Of a stretch of DNA of 64,000 nt, positions 13,443-27,600 are shown piece after piece. The DNA comes from Vermamoeba vermiformis. Taxonomy: Eukaryota. The notes beneath the pieces were generated by a model. It saw nothing but the letters and a program-made list of their open reading frames with translations, ran no database searches and was not told the origin of the DNA. The first letter of the stretch is position 1; every line of letters starts with the position of its first letter. Position numbers and translations under genes: made by a program. The DNA is taken from contig JBEWZL010000064.1 in assembly GCA_045837725.1 (NCBI GenBank), positions 186,001 to 250,000 of the forward strand, written 5' to 3'.

Positions 13443-13757
13443 TTTCTTGTGTGGTCTTCAGTAACTCTTTTGATGGAATAAGTTTCGAAAACAGAACTTC
13501 CAACAAAAGCTTCGAGTCAGTCACGTGCTTTTTCCAGATTCGAGAAGAAGCGGAGAGTTACGAGGAAATATGACGAAAGAAGGAAATTATGTTTCTTTCA
13601 TTGCCAATTGTCGTTGATCCGAACCGCTTGTAGATGTAAAAGAAAAAGCTCTAATCTCATCATCTCGTCGCCTGCTTTTCTCAGTCTCAGGTTTTGTATT
13701 TTGCTTTAATTTGGTATAATTTTATTTCAAACTCGATAATAATTTCGGTGCAAAACT

Positions 13758-16700
13758 TTACAAAGTGATAGTGATGTCCCAATCAGCAGCAATCTGCAAG
13801 CCTGTACGACGGATAATGAGGGATTGTTGAGTGCTGTCGTAAGTGAATTCGAGAGCGCGGTCTTGGTGTTTGACAGCAGTGGGACTCTTCTTCAAACCAA
13901 TGACAATCACGCGCTCCACTTGATTCTTCACAGTATAGGAGCCCTTGTGAACAGCCAAGGCAGAGAGTCTGTGCTGATTGGCTGAACGCACAGTGTAGTT
14001 GAAGGCACGAACGAGGTACTGACCCTGCTTGTAGTTGAAGGTCTCACCGTCGTCCAAGTAGAGCTCACCAAAGGACTTGGAATTTTGATCCAAAGCCACG
14101 ACGAGCGTGTAAGGGTCTTGCTTCATTTGAGTCGATGAACGGCGCTGACGATCTTGACGAGGAATAATACCACCACCGCGCAAGAATGCAGGGATCTTGT
14201 CAAGAGGAGTGGGAACGGAGATTGACTGGCCACCTTGGTGTGCCTCGTAGGTGTCGTAGTCGTACCAGATCTGTTGTGCACCACCGGGCAGGTAGACGTT
14301 GATGGAGCTCACGTCGCTCTCAGTCACGGGCTTGCCAAGGAGATTAGAGCCCAAAAGTACCGTGTCTTGAATGCCAAACGTTTGAGCGTCAGAAGGGAAT
14401 TCAGCCCAGAGAGGTCGGAGTGGGGCCACACCTGTCTGTTCGGCGTGGTGGAAGAGCGTGTACCAGTAGGGCAACAAAGAGTAGCGCATGCGAAGAGCAT
14501 TGCGAATGTGAAGAGTGTACGGCTCACCAAAAATCCAAGGCTCACGTCGCTTAGTGTCAATGTGTGCGTGGCCACGGAAGAATGGGTAAAATACAGCGGC
14601 TTGATTCCAACGAGTCAAGAGCTTGGCATCAGGGTCCTTGAAGAAACCACCGACGTCAGCACCGCAGAATTGAATGCCGGAGATGGAGAGTGAGAGCAAC
14701 ATGGGCAGCGAGTCACGCAAATGTCCCCAATCGGCCAAGTTATCACCAGTCCAAATGGCACCATAGCGTTGAGATCCAGCGAAGAAAGCACGTGACAAAA
14801 CGAAGGGACGAGTGTTCTTGTGAGGATCACGGCTGACAAGACCTTGAGCAGTTGCCATGTGTTGATAAAATCCGTAAATGTTGTGCACATCACGGTGCTC
14901 CACATCACCCCAGTGCTTAGCATCTTTGTGCATTGTAATTTCAGGGCCGTTGAATACTGAAGGCTCATTCATATCGTTCCAAGTAAAGAGGTTGGGAGTG
15001 GAGTACTTGTACTTGTCGTAGGCAAACAGACTCGCCCAATAGTCGCGCACTTGCGGATTGGTGAAGTCGAGCCACGAGGAAGAGCCAGGCCAGCACCAGC
15101 CCTCGTAGTCGTTGTTATTTGAATCCTTCACGTAGAGGCTTTGAGATTTAGCCTCTGAATGCACATAATAGTTGTCGTCGCGCTTGATGTGCGGGTCAAT
15201 GATCGTCACCATCTAGTAGCACGTGTCAGTCATTCATTTGATCTGTAAATTGTATCTTACCTTCTTGCCACGGGCAGTGAGATTGGCGAGCATGACATCG
15301 GGGTCGGGGAACTTGTCGTTGTTCCAAGTGAAGTACTTCTTGTTGTCGGTGTGCTCAATGTCCAACCAGATCACGTCGTAGGGCATGTCGTGTTCATCAA
15401 AGCCCTAAAAGACAAGGACTAAGTAACAAATACAACAGCAATAAGTATATCAACACGAACCATATCGACTTCGTGCACCTCTTGCGAAGTGCGGTAGTTC
15501 CAGCGGCATTGGTGATAAGCGACAGACCACATGGGAGGCAAGGCTTGAGGGCCAGTGATGAGCTTGTATTGGCGGAAGACATCAACAGGTCTAGGGCCGA
15601 GCATGATCCAGAGGTCTACAATGCCGCTCTCACTCATCCAGTGCGTGGCTGTGGACTTATCAACTTGTTCGACGTCAATCCACATTTCAGAGGAGTTGAG
15701 CCAGAAAATGCCCGTGGACTTCTTCTCGTTGTGCGCAAACATGACTGGAACACTGCCATAGAGGGCCATGGTCTGATCGAGCTCATATTCGAACACGTCC
15801 AAGTTGTACAAGCGGTACGGATCTGAATTGATTCCTTCACCCCTGCACGTGAAACAAGTTAGTGACGTTAGCTCGCGGGGCAGGGCACAACATACTTAGT
15901 GGGTTTCAAGGCGAAGTTGGTGGCGTGTTCAGGAATGCCGTACACGTGCATCGTGTTGGGGAAAGTGACGTCCAAGCCAATGGAGCTGGGACCTGTGATG
16001 ACGTGTCAAACGCTTTACTCGTCGCCAAAAATATCGTGCTCTGCTTACCGTGGGGCTTAGAGTCCTTGTGCGAGCCAAAGTGCTCTTCCCATGCATTGTT
16101 CATGTCGATAGAAGGCACGTGTTGTTGAGGAGTGGATTCAGCTTCGGGATTGGTTGGTGTATCAGCGGCCCCAGTGTTCTGAGCGTACACATCTGAATAG
16201 GCCTTTTCCAAGTCTTCAGCCTCCGTGTCGTCAATCTGTTGATATTCGTGCTTTTCAGTGCTAGATGAGGGGCTTGGTGCTGCGGGCTCGGCCTTCTTTC
16301 TTAATTCCTCGAAGTAGAATAAGCCACGCTGGTTAAATGATACACGAATATCTTGTCCGTCTTGCAAGTCAATCTTCAATGATTTAGGGTCGATTTTGAA
16401 TTTTAAATTTTTTTGTTCGTCCAATCCAAGCTCAAATGTAGAGGGATTGAATGAAGTGAATGGGACCTCCTGTAAAGAGTTCTCCATTACTACGTCCTTG
16501 ACCTCATATCGTTGTTTGAGCGGGTTCTGCTCGTTAATTTTGATCCTCAACACGTCATCGGTGTATCTGATAATATCGAGTGTAAATTGTGTCTTGGAGC
16601 TTCGCTCTTCAATTTTAGCTGAAAATGTAGCGCCATTTAATTGTGCAGAGTCAGGCACGATGTAATAATCGAGCAGACCATTCACAAAGTTGCGTTGTCT

Positions 16701-16802
16701 GTTGCAGAAGCTGCTTTGGCTGCATGTTTTGAATTTTGACCGATCCACTGCTAGCGAGAAGGCCACCAGTGTCGTTAATAACAATAATATAGATAGCTTC
16801 AT
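13758..16802 (-). CDS. GANAB: Glucosidase II alpha subunit (GH31)
   Basis: Signal peptide [25 protein letters not shown]; catalytic [32 protein letters not shown]. Confidence 0.95.
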
Positions 16803-17057
16803 TATTGTTCGATTATGGTCGACTCTTTGCATGCAAAATGACAAATTATAAATTTGTCCGCAAACTTTTTTTTGCAATATTTTCATTGACAAATTGATGA
16901 CAGTGCAACGTCTCATTTAAGCACAATAATATTTATTTGTATTATAGTAGAGTCTTGTGCTTATCAAAGTATATCGAAGTATTGTTTTTGGATGTATTAT
17001 TTGTAAATAGTGTGTACATAGTAGTCGATTAGAACATTATTATATCAGCATAACAAT

Positions 17058-18998
17058 ATGGCCGATGATTCAAGGCAATTTAGAGAACAAACGCATGGTC
17101 TTATTCGCGAGACCATAACGAAAATTGCACAAGTTGTCGTTCAATCTCGAATCACCTTTGGCCGTGAAGTTAAAACTACAGAAAATTATTGGGTAATTTA
17201 TATATACTTTAATATAGCCACATTTATTTTTTGTTTACAATTCTAACGAACTCCTGCATTTTAAAAATAATTATAATTAATTTTGTTAACTTGCTTGGTT
17301 GTCAGTTACACATCGTGGTCGATGAAATAGAACAAGTCTCGAGGCAGCTTAGTGCATGGCGCAACAATGTATATTTACCGCTGCGCATCAAAATATACTT
17401 CGAAGACAAAAAAGACTCTGAGTCAGCAATTCTGCTCGAAGAATGGAAGATCTCTTTTGAGGCCATGTAAGTAACAGCGAGTCAGTGACTTCTATTGGCA
17501 TATAATAACACATCATAGAACATTCGAGTCAGATACTAAACGAATAGAAGTCGGCACATTGAACAAACGACTCGTGTTGCAAATCCGTGCGTTGTACAGC
17601 TATTTACGCATGATGCCCGCGTACAAGTTATTCCGAGACCGCATCAGACAGAAGAACACGAGCTATCAACTCAATTACAAATTCACACGCCCTGATCAAT
17701 CTTCTGGGGCTGCTGAATTCGGTGCAGGCAAGTTGGATCTGTCATTACAATGCAATTACAATGTAGTTACATTCTAACTCATCACATAGCCGCACTATCG
17801 TCCTTCAATTTCCAAGAAATCAAGAGTTCGTTTGGCGTATTAAATGTCTCAGTTAAATACCGCAAAGACTTCACGCCACCACAGGTGAGTCACGTGCACT
17901 TCATTACTCGTTAAGCACGACTACTTACCATATTTGGAATAGCAAAACATACAGCAAGTGATCGTTGACAATTACAAGCCAGAACAAATCCCGCGCCGTC
18001 AATCGATGCCACCACAACCCATTCCAGTGCCTTCACCGGCCAACAACGTCAACACCAACAACGTAACGCCCTCACAGCCAATGAGCATCAACGCGCGCGT
18101 GAGTCCGCAAGACATTTACAATCGCAATCGTGATGCCGCGCAGAGTGCACCCATCAGCATACCACACAAACGTGACCGGAGTTATTCTGATATCCCGCAA
18201 CAGTCGCGACCGATCAACATGCCAGGACCCAGTCCTGGTCCTCGAATGCCCTTCATTGCCGAGCAGTCGGGGCCACTCAAATCACCGCAATTCCCTTCAG
18301 ACTTCGGTGTTGAGGCCACTCCTCCATTCTCCACCAATTACCTCTCCACATCGAGTGGTGCCGAAGGTCTCAATCGCTTCAGCAATGTCTCATCCACACC
18401 GCCCTTCAAAATGGCCTCACCACCCTCATCCATCTTCAAACCATTCAAGGCACGTGTCATCCAATTAATTGTATCTTCTGTGCTAATCTGTGTTTGTTCT
18501 GCAGAGTCCACGCTTCTCCTCGAGTACGAAGAGTTCCTCGGAGAAGTACACGCCCTTTCAGATCAACATCTCGCCATTCCGCGACTCGCCTTTGTCTCCT
18601 TCGCAGAGCAGTCAAGTACCGCTGGGCTCGAGTCCTGGCATGATCACACCGAGTCCACCTACTGGACCTGCGCTCAGTCCTTTCAATCCCATCTTCTACG
18701 ATGATAACGACATTCCCAATCTCGATCTCGATGACGATGTAAGTACTCGCTATATTGTAGCACCGTCAATACAGTACAACGTGCTAATTGAGTCACACAG
18801 CCTGCCTTTGGACTGCCTGATCATCAACTGCAAGATGAGCTGTCGACGTTTATTCAAGACTGTCAGCGCGCACCAAATCTCTCGGTGACTTCACGCCGCG
18901 AAACATTGAGCAATCAGATCAGCAATTTTGAGAAGATAAAAGATCTGTCTGAGCTCGATAAACTGCTCAATAACCTGCAACCGCAATTCAACATGTAA
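17058..18998 (+). CDS. ATG13: Autophagy-related protein 13 (HORMA domain and Ser/Pro-rich tail)
   Basis: KIAQVVVQSRI, ILLEEWKI, LVLQIRALYSYLRMMPAYKLFR, SSFGVLNVSVKYR. Confidence 0.85.
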
Positions 18999-19176
18999 TA
19001 TACTTCACCCTTTGTCAATAAACCGCGACCGTATTTGGAGCAATCAGTTGATTTTTCGTGAATTTCTCCTTCCTTTCAATGTTTCATGAACAAATTTTCA
19101 CTACGTCAGCCGGCTTTTTGGTTTTTAACCCCAAATCATTCCACCAAAACCACTGCAAGGGCAACAACAATTCAAT

Positions 19177-20182
19177 ATGCCTCGTACTGGAAAGGGCTCA
19201 TACGGCGTCTTGCGTCCAATGCTGACGCAGAAGAATTTATTGCTTAGTGCTTTTGTTATGTTCAGCTTGATTTTATGCTATCAACTAGGTACGTAATAAT
19301 TATTTAATTAAATAACATTTTTTTCTAGAGCACTAGCTTTACACAATAATTTATAATCAGAAGGCGAATTATAAAATAATACTGAAATTACCAGGCAAGA
19401 GATCCGTGGCAAAAGGAGCTGAAATTGCTTTTCATACAAATGGTGTAAAACTATTGAGCTGGGAACCGCGTGTATTTTTGTGGAGAAACTTCCTATCGCA
19501 GGAAGAGTGCGATCACATCCTGGACAAAAGCGCCAGCCTTGTAACTCGCTCGAAAGTCGCCACCCAAGGTAATTTGAACACTTGCACTTTTATAGGATCA
19601 ATCTGAAATTTTCGTTTTTTCTTGAATCGTAATTCGTTTCGGTTTTGTTCAATAACCCAAACTAACCTGGCGTGATCTAGATGGTAAAGGCACGGAAAGC
19701 ACTCACCGCACATCATACGGTGTATTTATTAGCCATTTGAACGACGATGAGATCGTAAAGGGAATTGAGAATCGGTAAGTAATTTGTCGAACAAGATGTC
19801 AATTACTTATTCCTCCTTAGCATTGCTGAATGGACTCATATCCCTGTTGAGAATGGCGAGACTATGTATTTGTTGCGATATGAAGAAGGACAAGAGTACA
19901 AAGCTCATCACGATTACTTCAGCGACAAAGCTAACATTGAGCGCGGAGGCAATCGCGTGGCCACAGTGGTCATGTACCTCGCTGAGCCCGAGAAGGGCGG
20001 TGAGACTTACTTCCCCAAAGTGGACCTCGAAGTGCCCGTGAAGAAGGGTGATGCAGTCTTGTTCTGGGACTACAAGCCCGACAACACCCCTGACGAGAAG
20101 ACCTTGCACTCGAGGCAAGCCAGTCATTAAGGGCACTAAATGGGCTCTCACCAAGTGGATTCGTCAGCGCAAATTCGCTTAA
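19177..20182 (+). CDS. Prolyl 4-hydroxylase (plant/algal-type, type II membrane anchor), with an apparent +1 frameshift near 20113
   Basis: LSWEPRVFLWRNFLSQEECDH, LRYEEGQEYKAHHDYF, GGNRVATVVMYL, GGETYFP, TLH. The conserved tail GKPVIKGTKWALTKWIR lies in the +1 frame. Confidence 0.88.
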
Positions 20183-20308
20183 TTTGATAATACTCCGTGT
20201 GACACTTTGTCACCATTGTAAATTTTCAACTTTCGAATGTAATTAATAAAATTGCAAGTCAACCGAGTCAGGACAATTCACTATATTTATTCACTACTAG
20301 TCAGGTAC

Positions 20309-21440
<1,132 letters not shown>

Positions 21441-21598
21441 GGCTGAGTAGTGTTAATAGTCGTGAAAATCAACAAAGTGTTAAGTGTGCTGATGCGACGT
21501 TGACTAACTGATTTATTGGACACTGCAATTTTCCCAGCTTTCAACCAACGTCACCAGCACGTGCTCGCAAGACTAAGGCAGAATTCTAGAATTGTACC

Positions 21599-22818
21599 TC
21601 ACACTGGGAAGTCAGTGCGGTTGCGTCGTAGCACACTTGTTTGCACAAGAGGTGGCAGCTCGTTTAACACTTCTGAGGCTTCTTCAAAGTCGAATGATGC
21701 CGATTCCGTGACGGTTGTTTCGAGCATAAAGAATGGGTATTGCAGTGCCTATAGGCGAGTAAGTAACGACAAGGGGTACACTAAGTATGTAGTCTCACCT
21801 GTTTCGCAGTGGGTCGTTGAGCAGGGTCCAAGCTGAGCAAATCTCTGATGAGTTGTCGAGCCTCGGGACTGGCGTTAGGGAACAGTTCATCCCACACCCG
21901 CTCGTTCTTGGGAACAGTGGGCATGATCTCGAGCGGTAGTTTAAATTGTGCAGGCCATTCAGAAGGTGTGCCGAGCACTCGCAAAATAAGACGAATTTGG
22001 TCAATCTCGGTAGTACCTGGAAAGAGTGGCTTGTTCAAGTACAGTTCTGCCATTATAGCGCCAATAGCCCACATATCCACGGCCTTGGAGTACACTTTGT
22101 TATGGAACAACAGCTCAGGAGCACGATACCAACGTGTTGAACAGTACTCAGTGAAGGGAGGACCGTTACTGATGAACCGGGCTAGACCCTGGTGATCAAA
22201 CTGTTACACTTTGATGTTGACAGTAGATTCACGTACAAAGTCAGCGAGTTTGATGATACTTCCAGCTATCAATAAGTTTTCAGGCTTAATGTCGCGGTGC
22301 ATAAAGCCCAAGTCGTGCATTACTTCAACTCCTTTCAAGCACTGATACATTAGACTGCGTATCATACTTTCGGAGAGGGGGCCGTTCTGAGACTTGAGCA
22401 TGCGACAAAGAGTTGTTTCCATGAATTCGAAGACGAGGTAAAGGCGATCATTTTCTTTGATGACTTCAAGCAGCTGTGGGTGCTTTAGCGATAATTGATC
22501 CAATGAAGAGCAAAAATATCAATACCTTGACCACGTTAGTATGTTCTCTCATGTTCAGCAAGGCCTGAAAGAATGATTAGCAAAACGGATCCGTTTGCTC
22601 GGAGCAACGTACTACAACTTCTCGAAGCCGATAGCAGTCCTGAAAATTTGTAAACGTAGCATTCATCTTTTTAATGGCTACTTCTTTTTTGTTTGCCTTG
22701 TTGAAAGCTCGATAAACGACGCCGTAAGTTCCATTGCCTAATACCTTGAAAGGAGTTCAGAACTTAGCTGAACGGTTGCTTTTATTTGATATACCTCTTT
22801 GACGACAAATCGATGCAT
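21599..22818 (-). CDS. MAK/ICK-like (RCK family) CMGC Ser/Thr kinase
   Basis: GNGTYG, VAIKKM, LREV, LYLVFEFME, HRDIKPEN, DF|G, PFTEYCSTRWYRAPE. Confidence 0.9.
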
Positions 22819-23171
22819 ATTGGAGTCTGTCGCGTGGTCTTGTAGTGGCAGTAGAATGACGAATGAAGCTACAGTTTTTGGCCAGTACAAAAGAACGTCG
22901 GCGAAATTTCATGAAAGAGATGAAGTACGATGCGCGAGTGCACGATGATTGGTCAGTTAAGGGAGGTGAGGAAGTAGCTCAAGTGTAGGGCGAGAAGACA
23001 ATTACGGAAAGTATGAGATGCAGATATGATAGATAGAACGCGCAGATCTGAGCCAGGGTTCTAGCTTGTTGGTGCTTGCAGAGCGAGTAGAATACAGTCT
23101 CGTTTATTTATTGGCATGTTGTACTGCGGATGAGTCGAGAGAGTTGTAGGATTAGTGCTAAAGATCCTAAA

Positions 23172-24320
23172 TTACTTTCTAGGAGATCTAGAGCGCGATC
23201 GAGAACGCGATCTGCTTCTTCTAGAGCTTCGTCTATCGCGGCTAAACAAATACCAAAGGTTAACTTGACAAAAGCATATAATATAACGTACCTTCTGTCG
23301 CGTCTGTAAGGCGAGTAGCGTCTGCTTCTTCTGTCAGGACTGCGACGACGAGGGCTAACAGCAATTAATGAGCACGCTGCAATGATCAAGGGTCAACTTA
23401 CCTTCTTGAGCGTCTGCGGGGTGAAGGAGAGCGTCTTCTTCGTCTGTTTGGCACTGTTAGTACAGGTCGCGATTATCTTCTGAGTAGTTGTACTTACGAT
23501 GAAGAGCTACCATTGGAGTCGCGCGAAACATATTCAACAGTCAACACGCGGCCGTTGAACTAAATATAAGTTAGTAACTAATCTCTTTGCAAAACTAACA
23601 CTTACGTCGCTGCCGTTCAAGGCCTCCAAAGCCTTAATGGCGTCATCAACTTCTTCAAAAGTTACAAAGGCGAAATTTTTCTTGATCTCGACCTGAAGCA
23701 GGGTTGAACATCGATTGACAAGCAAATATATTAACTTACTGACGAGATAGCTCCATGAGCGCCGAATGCGTCCTTCAAATCATGGCGATTGGTGCGAGCA
23801 GGATCGAAGTTAACCACGAACAAAGTTTTGTTTGGTGTTTGGTTTGCTCGTCGCTCTTCTTCGCGTCTCTTAGCACGGCCTTCGCCTAATGATTATTTTT
23901 ATTAGTTAATTCTTAATTTGCGTGGCACTAAATAATTCAATCCGAAAATAAATATCGCGAAGGTAAATTGGTTACTTAAATTTGTAAAATTGACAATAAA
24001 TTATAAACTAATTACCTTTAGCTTTTTCAACTCTTAAACGACGTCCTTCTAAATCCAAGCCATCAAATTCTCTAATAGCGGCGTCCGAATCTCCACCATC
24101 TAAATAGACGAAAGCAAAACCATCCTTCATGTCTATTTATACAAGTAAGCGCGTTGTTTTAATTATTTAATTGTTTAGATTGTTAAATACCGATTTTCGA
24201 GACTTTGAATCCTTTATCTTCTAAAGCTCGCTCCACATCCTTTTCGGTTGCTCTGCGTGAGAGGTTGCCGAAGTAGAGAGGCTTAGTTTCCTCGTTAGTG
24301 GAGTGTTCTTCGTTACTCAT
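23172..24320 (-). CDS. SR splicing factor with two RRMs and an RS tail (resembles plant RS31/RS40 type)
   Basis: KPLYFGNL, DMKDGFAFVY, RRLRVEKAK, PNKTLFVVNFDP, IKKNFAFVTF, C-terminal RS dipeptides. Confidence 0.85.
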
Positions 24321-24635
24321 CGTGTTCGTGCACTATGAAAGGCGCGTGAAATTGTTTCGTGATTTTTCGGTCGGCTGTTGTTGGTCACGATCGCGAAGCG
24401 CTTATTTTTCATTCACCGATTTTTCTCAAAAAAGGCAAACAGACGCGCTTCTAAAAGGTAAATCATGCTTCATTATATTCACTTCCGTGCGTACCTAATT
24501 ACGCGACAACGCTGTCGATCCGATCGCTTCGAGCCGGAGCGTTCAATTTTTTTATTACCCGAATTGCACCCAAAATCGGACATTAATTGCTATAATTTTA
24601 ACACCGCAGGGAATTAATTTTTATTTATTATCCAG

Positions 24636-27600
24636 ATGAAGCGTTTAATTTTGTCGAACGTTAACTCGCAAGAAGTGCGCAAGAAGTCTGATGCTGTTAT
24701 AGTGCCTCAAGAATATATTAGCAAGTTCGACGAATTTTTTGCTAAATACAAGCAATACAGTTTCATTCCTCTATTGAACGAAGCGATCAGAGCGAAGGAT
24801 CTGTCTCCGCAATGCATTACATTAAAGAAAATACGTACGTTGATTCACCCTTTGATCATTAATAATATCGGCAACAGTTAAGGCTAAAGAGTTGGTCGAC
24901 GGAATGGCAGAACTGGAGCTGCTTCAAGTGTCAGTGGATGTGACGCACTGGATCACAGAAGTCTTGTTCGATGTTGACTCTCGCAACATACACCGCGACT
25001 TGTTGGCGATCATCGGCCGATTTATGGAGTGCACTGCCATTAAAGAGCAGGTGTACAAGACATTCACAACCACCGCCCTCGAATGTCTCAAAGACCGTGA
25101 CGATCAATTCTTGCTGCGACTCTACGGCCTCACAGCACTGCTCGCGTATCAACCAATTTGGGTGTTCTTTAAGGACAACACACTGACTGTCATGCAGTAC
25201 ATGACCAAACATCTCACTGCCTTGACAGACATCATGCAGCGCGGCGAGATTGTCAACTACAACGACATTGTGAACAAGGCTGAAGTGCTCTTGAACACGT
25301 ACCTCAGTTTTGCCACCAAATTCTCTGTCGCTGATGAGTTGCGACAAGAACTCGTGCAGCTCGCTCAACAACACAACAAGACAGTCTTTGAACTGTTGAC
25401 TGGCACCACTTTGACTGCTCTGCCCAAACACGAAGAGGCACCGTATTGCGTCATCGCCCACAAAGTGTTGAACTACTTGGCTGCTATTATGCGCTCGCCA
25501 ATCTGCAGCACTGACTGCAATTATTCCGCTGGTCTGCTGGTGTCACTCTTCTTGCGCAACATCACTACTGGCTCCACGGATGACAAGGAACAAATTCGCA
25601 CTCAAATCGTGCACGCTATTCTCTACAACTACGCCAATCCCAGCACGGTTGCTAACACTACTTCAGTGCTGCAGTTCTTCGTGTCTAATGACTGCTGGAT
25701 CTACGGCAAAGAGTTTTCTTCGTTCACCAATGTTGGTCAGTTGGCGGTGTTGAAGGGTACTCTGCTCGCACTCGACGGCGACTTTGATATTTTGTTCGCG
25801 CCAACCAAGGCACTCAAGAAAAGGTACGAAGTGCTTAATACAGTGACGGGGTATCTAATGGGTTATTTTTAGCGAAGTGTCGAGCGCTGAAGAAGCCATT
25901 TTGTTGTTGGATGGTCTGTTCATGATGACATGTAACTTCTGCGAGACCAGTTCAGAGCGCTACAATCGATTCATTGCCTTCCAATCACTCGATAGCTGTC
26001 TCGATCAAACAAAGCGATTCGTGCAACAAGGTGGCAAGGTGTCACCACTGCATGTCAAGGCCATGATCAATGTTGTGCTCGATCTTATTTGGAAGAACTG
26101 GGAAGATCCATTTGAGAGCATTGTGTCGCAAATCAGAAACATTTTCATCTCGTTGTTGGAGGTCTATGACGGCTGTGTGGCTGCATTTGGTTCTATGGAC
26201 GAACAGCTCGGCACCGATTTCATTCCAAATTTGACGAAACAATTGTTGTATCTCGACTGGCACTGCAAGGTACGGTGATTCTTTCAGTCTAGAACTACCA
26301 CTGACTGAGGCTCTCAGGGCAAATATCCCATCTTGTTGATTCTATTGTCGCGCATTGGCTCTGAAGCCGTGCTCACTCTTCGCCGCGACTTTGTAGCCCA
26401 TTTGCTGCTGGCGATGAGCAACAACACCGTCAGCAAACAAGCAGCGGGTGTGTTGGAGACATTCTTGAAACAGATTCACGATGCCGCCACTGCTGAGCTC
26501 AAGAATGGCCAGCGATTCAAGACCATGGAAGAGGTCGATGCGCATTGCCGCAGTTATTGGATGGCACCCCTTGTAGACTCACTCTTCGAGCCCCTCACTT
26601 ACGGAGGCACGGCCACTTACACCATGCCCGTGGTGCTCAAAGAACAGCCTGAGAGCTTGCCCTTCATTCTCGATGCTATCTGCTTGGCTGGATCAACGGG
26701 CACTGAGTCAGGTCCCGTCACACTCAGTCTCGCGCAGTACCGTGCAATAGTTGGTGTGCTCAAGGTCGCACGTCGCATGGAGCTGTTTGAGCCACAACAA
26801 TTGACTTCGATGAAAGGCATGAAGAGCACCATATCGATGACGGATTTGATCGAGTCTGCACTCATTCACCAAGACCGCGACATTCGCTTGGATGTCTTGG
26901 AGCTGTTGTGCGTCACTAAGCGCAAGTCAGAACAGATCAGCGAGTTCGAGTTGAAGTCGCTGCTGACATTCATCACTTACAACTTGCTCGACTCCTCCTC
27001 GCCCTTCAGACGCAAAGTGTTCCTGTTGGTCGAGAAGATGTTGGTCAGATTGCGCGACTCGGCACAAAAGATGTATCAAACTGCCGTCAAGCAGAAGCAA
27101 GGTGGCACTGTACCACCTGAAGTAGCCATGTCCGTGCATTACACCAACTGGATATCGACCTTGTTGAACTTCAATTTGTATCCTGGCTCGTGCTATCCCC
27201 GCCTCACAGCTTGCTTGGAGCTGATTCAGTTCTTGACGGGCACATTCCCCGCTGACAACTTGCACGCCGTGACATTCATCAAGAACAGCAACATTCCCTT
27301 GCAGATCTATACGCCCGACAATACGGCACACATGCTCCACGCTGTGCGCGATCACTACGATGACGACAGAAGAATGTCCGATGATATTTTGAAACGATTC
27401 CCCAAGCCCTTGCCTGGCTTCACGGCCGAGAGCTTGAAGACCCTGATCAAGAGTGCACTCGATTGGGTGAGCAGTCCGCGCATGCACGAGTGCGATACTG
27501 CGTGCATCACGATCAACACGGTGGTCAGCAAGTTCATTAGAGCTGGCTGGAAGATTCGCTTGCAGTCGGATGGCGAGGTGTTGATTGAAGAGCAGGACGC

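Noticed and set aside
22900-23060. Possible C/D snoRNA or U3-like RNA (GATGA..CTGA)
   Set aside because: No canonical box C with a terminal stem and no recognisable guide. Compatible with promoter or UTR sequence.
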